A DNA stretch of 64,000 bases from Gammaproteobacteria bacterium (GTDB taxonomy: Bacteria; Pseudomonadota; Gammaproteobacteria; Eutrophobiales; Eutrophobiaceae). The stretch is from the NCBI GenBank assembly GCA_965198875.1, contig CBDAPU010000001.1, positions 131,146-195,145 of the forward strand, written 5' to 3'. The notes beneath the pieces were generated by a model. It worked only from the letters and a program-made list of their open reading frames with translations. It was not told where the DNA came from and did no database searches. The translations under genes were made by a program, and so were the position numbers. Below are positions 18,768 through 27,747 of this stretch, piece after piece; position 1 is the stretch's first letter; every line of letters starts with the position of its first letter.

Positions 18768-19478
18768 TCAAGCCGCCTGCAGCCATCTTCTCATCGCCTC
18801 ATTAACCGCTTCCGGCCTCTCCATAGTGGACAGATGACCGCACTCCTCTATTAAAACCAGCTTGCTGTTTGCAATCATTGAGGCCATTTCTTTATGGATA
18901 TTGATGGGACATAATTTATCTTCTACGCCACAGAGCACCAGGGTTGGCGCAGTGATCCCCGCTAATGTACTCCGACTCTCCACTCTACTCTTTATTGCCG
19001 CACATTGTCTTTCAAAAACCTCGACGCCTAAATCCATGGCCATCTGCATCACTGCATCCAGTATCGCCTGATCATGTTTGTTGGCCTCGGCAAGATACAG
19101 CGGCTTGAGCGCATCGGCCACGACTTGCTGAAGCTCTCCGGCAATCGCTCTTTGTAATAGTTGATCTCTCTGCGTTGAGCGATCGGTTATATCGGCGTGA
19201 TCATTGGTATCCAGCAAGGCCAGGCGGGTGATACGCTCCGGCGCCTGGCGCCATAATTCAAACACGACAAACCCGCCCATGGACAGGCCGGCAACGGCAA
19301 ATCTCTCCGGCGCCTGTTGCAGGATATGGCTCGCCATGGCGGCAATCGAGTCATATGAAGACACATCGGCCACACTCAGCGAGCGGCAATGGGTTTGTAA
19401 GGGCTCCCATTGTGCCGACCACAGACGAGCATCACACATCATGCCCGGTATTAAGATGAGATGTTCTTCACCACGCAT
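18768..19478 (-). CDS. alpha/beta hydrolase fold protein
   Basis: 236 aa. Nucleophile elbow GLSMGG, with a C-terminal histidine region (ECGHLSTMERPEAV). Confidence 0.65.
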   Translation of the reverse strand: MRGEEHLILIPGMMCDARLWSAQWEPLQTHCRSLSVADVSSYDSIAAMASHILQQAPERFAVAGLSMGGFVVFELWRQAPERITRLALLDTNDHADITDRSTQRDQLLQRAIAGELQQVVADALKPLYLAEANKHDQAILDAVMQMAMDLGVEVFERQCAAIKSRVESRSTLAGITAPTLVLCGVEDKLCPINIHKEMASMIANSKLVLIEECGHLSTMERPEAVNEAMRRWLQAA

Positions 19479-19533
19479 TTCTTTAGGGTTTTAAGAATAC
19501 TTCAAATGCCGTTATTTAAGAGAAATATTTCGC

Positions 19534-20595
19534 TCAGGACAGGCGCGCCGAGCCGCCGGGCAACATGTCGCCGGAGAAGACCCGCATTTCAGGTGATTTG
19601 TCTGGTTCTTCCACCCTGTCTAAAATCATATCGACTGCTGCCTGTGACATTTGCGCCACCGGCTGGCGGATGGTGGTCAGGTTGTAACCGGACCAGATTG
19701 CCGGCGCCACGCCATCGAACCCGACCACGGATATATCATTCGGCACCGCCAGAGAGAAGTCTTCACGCAAGGCGTCAATACAGCCAATCGCCATCACGTC
19801 ATTGGCGCAGATCACCGCATTCAGATCGCCGCTCAGCCCCCTCATCAAGGCATGAACCCCGGCCCGGCCGCTCCCATAGGTATAATCACCCTGGACGATG
19901 GGTGCCTGATCAAAGCCGAGAGCAATCAGGCGATCACGCGCGCCAGCCGTGCGCTGAACACTCACCAGCGAGTCTTCCGGACCACTGATCACGCCAAATG
20001 ATGTATGTCCGGCATTGACCAGCTTATTGACCAGCATCCTCTCCCCGGCCTCCTGATCGCAACACACCGCACTGACCGGGCGGTCCTGAATCGTGCGATT
20101 GAAAAATACCAGCGGCAGACCTCGCTGTTCAAATTTATCGATTTGCTCCAGAGAGAAGGTGCTCGCCACCACAACCCCATCCACCTGATACTGAAACACC
20201 TGCCCGATGATCTGGTCAATATCCCGCTCCCGATGCAGGGTAAACAGCAACACATGGACGCCACGACTGGAAAAACCCTGGTTAAGCTCAAAGAGCACTT
20301 CCGGATAATGCAGGTTGGTGAAGTCAGATAAAATCACCCCTACCAGGTTGGAGCGACGGGTGATCAGGCTTCTGGCGATGGCATTGGGCTGATAACCTAA
20401 TTTATCCGCCGCCTTTATCACCTGCGCGCGCATCTTTTTGGAAACACTGGCGCCGGGCTTGAAACACCGGGACACGGCCGATTGCGATACGCCCGCCAGT
20501 TTTGCAACATCATAGGAGGTGACCTGCTGGGCTTTTTTAGCCGGGGATGTGGCCTGCGCCGCCAGTTGCAAGACAGAGGTGTCGGTTTTTCTCAT
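19534..20595 (-). CDS. LacI family transcriptional regulator
   Basis: 353 aa. N-terminal HTH (VTSYDVAKLAGVSQSAVSRCF) followed by a periplasmic-binding-protein-like sugar-binding fold. Sits inside the minus-strand catabolic operon. Confidence 0.85.
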   Translation of the reverse strand: MRKTDTSVLQLAAQATSPAKKAQQVTSYDVAKLAGVSQSAVSRCFKPGASVSKKMRAQVIKAADKLGYQPNAIARSLITRRSNLVGVILSDFTNLHYPEVLFELNQGFSSRGVHVLLFTLHRERDIDQIIGQVFQYQVDGVVVASTFSLEQIDKFEQRGLPLVFFNRTIQDRPVSAVCCDQEAGERMLVNKLVNAGHTSFGVISGPEDSLVSVQRTAGARDRLIALGFDQAPIVQGDYTYGSGRAGVHALMRGLSGDLNAVICANDVMAIGCIDALREDFSLAVPNDISVVGFDGVAPAIWSGYNLTTIRQPVAQMSQAAVDMILDRVEEPDKSPEMRVFSGDMLPGGSARLS

Positions 20596-20604
20596 CGCAC
20601 CACG

Positions 20605-21897
20605 TCAGGCGGCCTTGTCCGTAAAGCGCCGCACCCGTATGTCCGCCTGCTCTTTGTGTCCCATGAACCCCTCCAGCTCACACAGGCGCGAGCAGTACTC
20701 ACCCACCTGCACTGAGGCTTCCCGGCTGATCTTCTGGTAGGTGCAGGTCTTAATAAACTTGCCCACCCACAGACCGCCGGTATAACGGGCGGCCTTCCTG
20801 GTCGGCAGGGTATGATTGGTACCGATGACCTTATCACCATAGGAGACGTTGGTTTCCGGCCCTAAAAACAAGGCCCCGTAATTGCTCATATTGTTAAGAA
20901 AATAGTCCGGCTCTTCGGTCATCACCTGCACATGCTCAGAGGCGATCTCATCGGCCAGCTCTCGCATCTCTTCATAGGAATCACAGACAATGACCTGCCC
21001 ATAGTCCCGCCAGGCCGGCCCGGCAACATCGCCAGTGGGCAAAATGCTCAACTGTCGCTCGACCTCCTGCATGGTCTCTTTGGCGAGTTTCTCAGAATTG
21101 GTCAGCAGTATCGCTGGTGAGTTCGGCCCATGCTCGGCCTGCCCCAGCAGATCGGCGGCGCACAGCTCACCATCCACGGATTCATCGGCAATGATCAGGG
21201 TTTCAGTCGGCCCGGCGAACAAGTCAATCCCCACGCGGCCAAATAGCTGGCGTTTTGCCTCCGCCACAAAGGCATTGCCCGGCCCCACCAGCATATCCAC
21301 TGGCGCAATGGTTTCCGTGCCGAGGGCCATAGCGCCTACCGCCTGCACCCCACCCAGGCAGTAAATTTCACTCGCACCCCCCATATCCATAGCCACAACG
21401 ATAGCAGGATGGGGCTGGCCCTGATTGGGCGGGGCGGTAGCGATAATGCGCTGCACGCCGGCGACTTTTGCCGTCACCACGCTCATGTGGGCGGAGGCGA
21501 CCATAGGATAACGCCCCCCGGGCACATAGCAACCAACGCTGTTGACGGGAATATTCCTATGCCCGAGCACCACGCCGGGCAGGGTTTCCACCTCCACATC
21601 CTGCAAGGCGTCCCGTTGATGTTGGGCGAACCGGCGGATCTGGCTCTGGGCGAATTGAATATCTGCTTTGACCTGCTCTGATACCTGCTCATAACAGGCC
21701 CTGATCTCCTCCGTGGTCAAGCGGAAGGAGGCCGGGTTCCAGTCGTCAAACTTCTCTGAGTACTCCCGCAAGGCGCCATCGCCCCTTCGGCTGATCTCGC
21801 CCAGAATATCTTCAACGGTTTTTCTTACCCTGGCGTCCTGTGTTGCGACCTCTTCCCCGGATCTTCCGGTTTTCAAATACGTGACCATGTCTTCCAC
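20605..21897 (-). CDS. histidinol dehydrogenase (HisD) family NAD-dependent dehydrogenase, catabolic context
   Basis: 430 aa. HisD-family blocks ([30 protein letters not shown]; [16 protein letters not shown]). It is first in a catabolic operon rather than a his operon, so a HisD-like 4-electron alcohol-to-acid oxidase (e.g. sulfopropanediol dehydrogenase type) is plausible. Confidence 0.8.
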   Translation of the reverse strand: MEDMVTYLKTGRSGEEVATQDARVRKTVEDILGEISRRGDGALREYSEKFDDWNPASFRLTTEEIRACYEQVSEQVKADIQFAQSQIRRFAQHQRDALQDVEVETLPGVVLGHRNIPVNSVGCYVPGGRYPMVASAHMSVVTAKVAGVQRIIATAPPNQGQPHPAIVVAMDMGGASEIYCLGGVQAVGAMALGTETIAPVDMLVGPGNAFVAEAKRQLFGRVGIDLFAGPTETLIIADESVDGELCAADLLGQAEHGPNSPAILLTNSEKLAKETMQEVERQLSILPTGDVAGPAWRDYGQVIVCDSYEEMRELADEIASEHVQVMTEEPDYFLNNMSNYGALFLGPETNVSYGDKVIGTNHTLPTRKAARYTGGLWVGKFIKTCTYQKISREASVQVGEYCSRLCELEGFMGHKEQADIRVRRFTDKAA

Positions 21898-21981
21898 CTC
21901 CAGATAAGGTCTTTGTTTTTACATGCGCCCATGATACAAATGAAAGTTCCAGCTTGCGAGGGCGCACATCCTGGGCGATTA

Positions 21982-21995
21982 TACTTCGAATGCAA
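21982..21995 (-). promoter_or_regulatory. shared 14-bp cis element TTGCATTCGAAGTA, oriented toward the HisD-like operon
   Basis: Plus strand reads TACTTCGAATGCAA. On the minus strand the element is followed by TATAAT (plus-strand ATTATA at 21976-21981). 85 bp upstream of the HisD-like start and 18 bp before the divergent SDR start. Confidence 0.5.
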
Positions 21996-22012
21996 TTTCA
22001 TAATGAAAATAA

Positions 22013-22777
22013 ATGACTGAACGGGCAAACTCCCGTGCAGGAGAGCAAAACCTACTGGCTGGTCGGCAGGCACTGGTGACCGGCGCCAGCCGGGGTATAG
22101 GCCGCGCCTGTGTACAAACCCTGGTTGACGCTGGTGCAAAGGTAGTCGCCGTTGCCCGTAGCGCTGACGCCCTGGCGGCCGTTAAATCCTATGCGCCGGA
22201 TAACATCGAAAGCTGGCGGATGGATGTGCAAACGGCGGATTTCTACGACCGGCTCGAGGCCATGACGCAGCTTGATATCCTGATCAACAACGCCGGCACA
22301 AACAAGCCCCAGCCCTTTGCGGAGGTCGATGCAGATACCCTGTCTTCTATGGTTAAGCTCAACATTGAAGCGGCATTTAAGACAGCACAATCGGCGGCCA
22401 GAGTGATGTTGAGAGCGCAGATCAAAGGAGCGATCATCAACATGTCATCGCAGATGGGGCATGTGGGTGCGCCGGAGAGGACGGTCTACTGTATGACGAA
22501 ACACGCCGTTGAAGGGCTCACCAAGGCCATGGCGGTTGAACTTGCGCCCCGGGGCATTCGCATCAATGCCGTCGCCCCCACCTTCATTGAGACGCCCCTG
22601 ACGGGGCCCATGCTCGATGACCCTGGGTTTAAGGCGTCAGTCCTGGCGCGGATCCCTCTGGGCCGTGTGGGACAGGCGCAAGACATTGCCCGGGCCGTGC
22701 TGTTCCTGGCCTCGGATCAAGCACGCATGATCACTGGCGAGAGCTTAAAAATAGACGGTGGCTGGACGGCGCAATAG
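22013..22777 (+). CDS. short-chain dehydrogenase/reductase (SDR) family oxidoreductase
   Basis: 254 aa. Glycine-rich cofactor loop TGASRGIGRA, the NNAG motif, and a catalytic YCMTKHA (YxxxK). Confidence 0.85.
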   Translation: MTERANSRAGEQNLLAGRQALVTGASRGIGRACVQTLVDAGAKVVAVARSADALAAVKSYAPDNIESWRMDVQTADFYDRLEAMTQLDILINNAGTNKPQPFAEVDADTLSSMVKLNIEAAFKTAQSAARVMLRAQIKGAIINMSSQMGHVGAPERTVYCMTKHAVEGLTKAMAVELAPRGIRINAVAPTFIETPLTGPMLDDPGFKASVLARIPLGRVGQAQDIARAVLFLASDQARMITGESLKIDGGWTAQ

Positions 22778-22905
22778 CTACTTTCATTTCATAGACTTAG
22801 CGAAATACCCCTCTATTTTCACTGCCAAAATGGCGCACCGGGCTGTTGCAACTGTTGTTTTTTTACACATTTTTAGTCGTCATTTGCGAAAGTGAAACAT
22901 AATGC

Positions 22906-22919
22906 TTGCATTCGAAGTA
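22906..22919 (+). promoter_or_regulatory. shared 14-bp cis element TTGCATTCGAAGTA upstream of the intact TonB-dependent receptor/sulfatase operon
   Basis: Exact 14-mer followed by CATTTTATG, 64 bp upstream of the 22983 start. Confidence 0.55.
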
Positions 22920-22982
22920 CATTTTATGCAGGATGCGCGCTTAATTTAACCCCAACAAACATCTGAGGAGCGAGTACTGAAC

Positions 22983-25409
22983 ATGATTACGTATCTTACC
23001 CCCCCCCCTCAAGTCTCATTATTGCCACGGCTGTTTACTCTCGCCCTGTGCATGATGCTCGGTGTATCCGCCCATGCCGCCATTACACTTGAAGAAATTA
23101 CTGTGACCGCTGAGAAACGTGCGGAGAGCGTGCAAGACGTTGGACTATCAATATCAGCTTTTGATGAGGATGCCATGGACCGTGCCGGTATTGATGATGT
23201 AAGTAGAATCGAACTGATTGTTCCCGGCGTTAACTTTGCCTATGCCGGTAATGACGCCAAATTCAATGTCCGCGGTGCTAACTCTACCAATACGTTTAAC
23301 GATAATGGTTCTATCGTGGGTACGTATATTGATGGAGTATATAAACCTCGTGCATCACAACAAACACGGGCTTTTTTCGATGTAGAGCGTGTTGAATTCC
23401 TGAAAGGTCCTCAAGGCACACTTTACGGACGCAATACCTTTGCCGGGGCCCTGAATCTTCATACAAATCGTCCCTATCTTGAAGGAATCAGTGGTGGTCT
23501 TGAGGCTGGCTATGAGCGCTTTAACACCATGAAGTTTGAAGGCTATGTGAATGTACCCCTTAGCGATCAGTTCGCCGTACGTCTTGCTGGATTCGTTGAA
23601 GACGGTGATGGCTTTGTCAAAAACAATGCAGGCCCGGATGTAGGTGCTCCGGATGAGCAGGGTGTACGGCTCAGTCTCTTATGGGAAGCCAATGAAAATT
23701 TCGATGTGGTTTTTCGTTACACCCGTATCAGGGAATCAGGTACTTCAGCAGGTCTGTTCGGTTATAGAAATATTTGTCGTCGCGTTACCCCACAAGGCAT
23801 AACCGACCCCTTTGGTACAGTGACAGATTGTCAGAATCCACAAAATGGCTCAGACAGCTTGCCTTCAGGTAATTCAGGGCCCTATAACGTCTCACAGGAT
23901 TATGTCCCAGATGCTGATGTTGATGATGATAATGTCACTTTAGAAATGAACTGGGATGCCGGTCCTGTACTGATAAAGTCAGTTACGTCTTATACGGATT
24001 TTAAAAACAACATCGGCTTTGATTTTGACTATAGTCAAAATCCATTTCAGAGGGGTGGATTTGACGAAAGTGCTGAATCGTATACTCAGGAATTTCAGTT
24101 TACGTCAGATTACGATAGTCCTTTCCAGTGGACCTCTGGTGCTTATTACTCACATGATGAAACGTTTTTCAGTTTTACTATTTTCAACCAGACTGAAGAG
24201 AGTATGGAGGGGATGGGGGATGACAGGCGCCCGGTTAATCGTCCCACTGTCATGGGCCCTGGTGGAGCAGACTTTGAATTGTTGAACGGAACACCACTGG
24301 TTTCAACTGCTACAAGTCTCAGTGGTTTCTTCGGCAGCAGCCAGTGGATTGAGATCAATACCTTTGGACTCTATCTGCAAGGTGAGTTCAGTGTGAATGA
24401 TAATCTTCGCCTTATTGGTGGCGTGCGATATAACTATGAGGAGAAAGACCTCTCCGGCGGTGGCAGTAACTTCACCGCTAATGGTCCCGTGACGGTAACT
24501 GTTGAAAGTGGTGCGGCGCCTTTAATTGTCCCGGAGTTCTCCCGTGATATATTTGCTTATAATCGTAATGCTACCGGCGCCAACAATCTCAGGCGGTCGT
24601 TTAATAATGTAAGCTGGAAAGCAGGTATTGAATATGATTTGACGAACTACGATGCGATGCTCTATTTCACAACTGCAACAGGATTCTTATCAGGCGCGGT
24701 CAACTCTGACGGCTCCTCTACTGACGAACAGGAATCGCAGTTATATGAAGCTGGTGTCAAGAGTACGCTCATGGATGGTCGCCTGCTATTTAACCTGTCA
24801 GGCCACTATACTGAATACACTAATTTGTTATCACAGTTCCAGGTTCCTATAGCTGGTATTGTTCAAACATTCAGTCAGAATGGCGGCGAGATTGACGCTT
24901 GGGGTATCGAACTTGATACTGTCTATAATCCTGTCGATAATTTGACATTTGTATTTTCAGCAGCCTATCTGGACGCAGAATTCGGCGTGTTTGGTCAGAC
25001 AAACCCTTACCAGTTACTTAATGGCGTTGTACAAAGTTTTGTAGATGTAGATGGAGAGACACCTGGATGGTCACCGGACTTTACTGCTTCAATCAGTGCT
25101 TCCTATGATCTTCAACTTAACAATGGTGCCACACTGACGCCTTATATCCAGTTTTATTACAGTGACGGATATAACACGAGTAACCTGTTATCTATTGACC
25201 CAAGCCATCAACAAGATAGTTTTACCAAAACGGATCTACGCTTGGTATGGCGTTCACCCAGCAATAAATATGCCTTAGAGGGCTTTGTTGAGAACATTGA
25301 AGATGAAGAAGTGTTGGCGCGTGGTAACAATGGCGGTGACGATAATGTACAAACAGGTTATCTCTACCCTAGAAATTATGGCGTACGCTTTAAAGCGAGT
25401 TGGGACTAA
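22983..25409 (+). CDS. TonB-dependent outer membrane receptor
   Basis: 808 aa. Signal peptide, plug domain (ITVTAEKRAESVQDVGLSIS), beta-barrel, C-terminal aromatic residue. Carries a C10 tract near codon 7, in frame. Intact paralog of the disrupted 6929-9325 gene. Confidence 0.85.
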   Translation: MITYLTPPPQVSLLPRLFTLALCMMLGVSAHAAITLEEITVTAEKRAESVQDVGLSISAFDEDAMDRAGIDDVSRIELIVPGVNFAYAGNDAKFNVRGANSTNTFNDNGSIVGTYIDGVYKPRASQQTRAFFDVERVEFLKGPQGTLYGRNTFAGALNLHTNRPYLEGISGGLEAGYERFNTMKFEGYVNVPLSDQFAVRLAGFVEDGDGFVKNNAGPDVGAPDEQGVRLSLLWEANENFDVVFRYTRIRESGTSAGLFGYRNICRRVTPQGITDPFGTVTDCQNPQNGSDSLPSGNSGPYNVSQDYVPDADVDDDNVTLEMNWDAGPVLIKSVTSYTDFKNNIGFDFDYSQNPFQRGGFDESAESYTQEFQFTSDYDSPFQWTSGAYYSHDETFFSFTIFNQTEESMEGMGDDRRPVNRPTVMGPGGADFELLNGTPLVSTATSLSGFFGSSQWIEINTFGLYLQGEFSVNDNLRLIGGVRYNYEEKDLSGGGSNFTANGPVTVTVESGAAPLIVPEFSRDIFAYNRNATGANNLRRSFNNVSWKAGIEYDLTNYDAMLYFTTATGFLSGAVNSDGSSTDEQESQLYEAGVKSTLMDGRLLFNLSGHYTEYTNLLSQFQVPIAGIVQTFSQNGGEIDAWGIELDTVYNPVDNLTFVFSAAYLDAEFGVFGQTNPYQLLNGVVQSFVDVDGETPGWSPDFTASISASYDLQLNNGATLTPYIQFYYSDGYNTSNLLSIDPSHQQDSFTKTDLRLVWRSPSNKYALEGFVENIEDEEVLARGNNGGDDNVQTGYLYPRNYGVRFKASWD

Positions 25410-25442
25410 AACCCTTGAGATTCTATTTAATCTGAATTGAAT

Positions 25443-25472
25443 GAAGGGGCTTTCCGCCCCTTCTTCATTTTT
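25443..25472 (+). terminator. rho-independent terminator-like hairpin after the TonB-dependent receptor gene
   Basis: GAAGGGGC-tttcc-GCCCCTTC perfect 8-bp stem, followed by a T-rich run (ttcattttt). Confidence 0.55.
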
Positions 25473-25488
25473 AGGGTATGACCAATTA

Positions 25489-27723
25489 ATGAAACGGCGC
25501 CACTTCTTACAATTAACTGCTGCTGCATCTACCTCGTTCCCTATTGCAGCAAAAATGAAATTCAGGGTTAATGATAATAAAAAGTTGCCAAAATGGAATC
25601 CACGACGACATGTTCGAAAACCTAATATTGTTATGGTGGTTCTTGATGATGTGGGTTTTGGTGATCTGGGTTGTTATGGGGCTGAATACAAGACAAAGGC
25701 AATAGATTCATTAGCGAAAGACGGCGTTAGATTTAATAACTTCCATGTGACCGCTCTTTGCGCCCCAACTCGGGCATGTCTATTAACCGGACGAAATGCA
25801 CATGCTGTCGGCGTAGGCAACATTGCTGAGTGGGGTCGCGACCTTCCTGGCTATCATGGTTGGATCAGAAAAGATGCAGCAACACTAGCGGAGTATTTAA
25901 AACCGGATGGCTATACGACATTGGCCACAGGTAAATGGCACTTGTCTGCAATTCATGATCAAAATGGCAGCGGTCCCTATGATCATTGGCCTTCAGGTCG
26001 GGGGTTTGATCGGTGGTACGGCTTTCATGGTAATGCTATGGATCACTGGCACCCGGAAATGTTTGAAAACACGGTGGCGGCCTACCCTGCTAAATCTAAT
26101 GATTACCACTTGAGCGGTGATCTGGTTAATCGTGCTATCAACTATATTGAAGACCATATAAGCGCAACACCTGACAATCCTTTTTTTCTTTATCTGGCTT
26201 TTGGTGCATGCCATTTTCCATTACATGTCCCAGCGGACGATATCAGACGCCATAAAGGCAAATATGATAGTGGTTGGGACTTATTAAGAGAACAGCGGTT
26301 TCAACGTCAGCAAGAAATCGGCATTATCCCGAATAATACAAAGCTGGCGCCACGCAACCCTAATATACCGGCTTGGCCAGAAATGACTGGCGAGCAAAAG
26401 CGCATCGCAGCATACGGCCAGGAAGTTTACGCTGCATTCATAGAACATACTGACAGTCAGATTGGGTGTCTGGTAAATTTTCTAAAAACAGAGGAGCAGT
26501 TTAAAGATACCATCTTCATGGTACTTTCTGATAACGGTGCCACGGGTTCCGGCGGCGTTATTGAAGGTATTCTTGATGTTCGCAGGCATTATTACTATGA
26601 AAAAGAATCCTATGAAGAACTGGCCAGGCATTATAAATTACTGGGCACTGATAACTCCTATGGCATGCATTCACAGGGCTGGGCTCAGGCCGGTAACACG
26701 CCTTTAAAATGGTACAAGGCCGATACTTATGGTGGTGGTACCCGCGCTCCTTTGATAATTACCTGGCCGAATGGAAATATAGGGAAAAATGAAATTCGTA
26801 CTCAATACCATCATGTTATTGATGTTGTGCCTAGTCTGTTCGAGATGATTAACAAACCTCAGAACGATATTGTTAATAACAATAAGATTCTACCAATACA
26901 GGGTACGAGTTTCGCTTATAGTTTTGATGCGCCTGAAGCCCCAACAAATAAACGCATCCAGTATTTCGAAACGGCCGGTGATCGGGCAATATGGGTTGAT
27001 GGCTGGAAAGCGGTCACAAGACATACCAAAGGCGACCAATACGAAGATGATGTTTGGGAACTTTATAATACGGCACATGATTTCTCCGAGATTGACAATC
27101 TGGCGAGGCGTGAGCCGGAACTGCTGCAAAAACTCATCAGCCTGTGGCACAGGGAAGCAAGGCGGGACAATGTTTTACCAATGGAGGATGACCTGTTTAC
27201 ACTGTATAAAGATATTGTGCCCAGAGCGCGGCCAAAATATACCTTCTACCCGGGCATGACACGGCTGGACAGACTGAGTGCGCCAGATATTTTAACGTAT
27301 GACAGTAAGTGGGCGGCGGAAGTTATGCTCAAAAATAATTATGCAAATGGAGTTATTCTCGCATCCGGTGACAGTGGTGCTGGCTATGAATTGTTTATGC
27401 AGGACGGTTATCTTGAGTTTGTTTATATTTATACTCGCTTTAAACGATACACCTTAAAATCACCTCAACGTATTAAGGCTGGAAAACATGTATTAGGACT
27501 GCAGATACACAAAACCGGAGAGCGTAGTGCTAATGTTTATATGAAAATCAATGGAAAAAGAATCGCTTCAATGCACTTGCCTGAGATGTGGCAGATATTC
27601 TCTCCAAATTCAGGAATTCGTTGTGGTGAGAACAGGCATTCACCTGTTAGCAGAAACTACCAGGGGCATTTTCCATTCCAGCAGACACTCAAACGAGTTA
27701 CCGTAGAGTTAGGGCTAAAATAA
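25489..27723 (+). CDS. arylsulfatase-family sulfatase with twin-arginine (Tat) signal peptide
   Basis: ATG at 25489 gives MKRRHFLQLTAAAS, an RRxFL Tat motif. The formylglycine signature C-x-P-x-R is present (LCAPTRACLLTGRN). The sulfatase N-terminal domain starts at VVLDDVGFGDLGCYG. 745 aa from this start. Confidence 0.85.
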   Translation: MKRRHFLQLTAAASTSFPIAAKMKFRVNDNKKLPKWNPRRHVRKPNIVMVVLDDVGFGDLGCYGAEYKTKAIDSLAKDGVRFNNFHVTALCAPTRACLLTGRNAHAVGVGNIAEWGRDLPGYHGWIRKDAATLAEYLKPDGYTTLATGKWHLSAIHDQNGSGPYDHWPSGRGFDRWYGFHGNAMDHWHPEMFENTVAAYPAKSNDYHLSGDLVNRAINYIEDHISATPDNPFFLYLAFGACHFPLHVPADDIRRHKGKYDSGWDLLREQRFQRQQEIGIIPNNTKLAPRNPNIPAWPEMTGEQKRIAAYGQEVYAAFIEHTDSQIGCLVNFLKTEEQFKDTIFMVLSDNGATGSGGVIEGILDVRRHYYYEKESYEELARHYKLLGTDNSYGMHSQGWAQAGNTPLKWYKADTYGGGTRAPLIITWPNGNIGKNEIRTQYHHVIDVVPSLFEMINKPQNDIVNNNKILPIQGTSFAYSFDAPEAPTNKRIQYFETAGDRAIWVDGWKAVTRHTKGDQYEDDVWELYNTAHDFSEIDNLARREPELLQKLISLWHREARRDNVLPMEDDLFTLYKDIVPRARPKYTFYPGMTRLDRLSAPDILTYDSKWAAEVMLKNNYANGVILASGDSGAGYELFMQDGYLEFVYIYTRFKRYTLKSPQRIKAGKHVLGLQIHKTGERSANVYMKINGKRIASMHLPEMWQIFSPNSGIRCGENRHSPVSRNYQGHFPFQQTLKRVTVELGLK

Positions 27724-27747
27724 TTTTACTCATTAAAAACTTCGATA

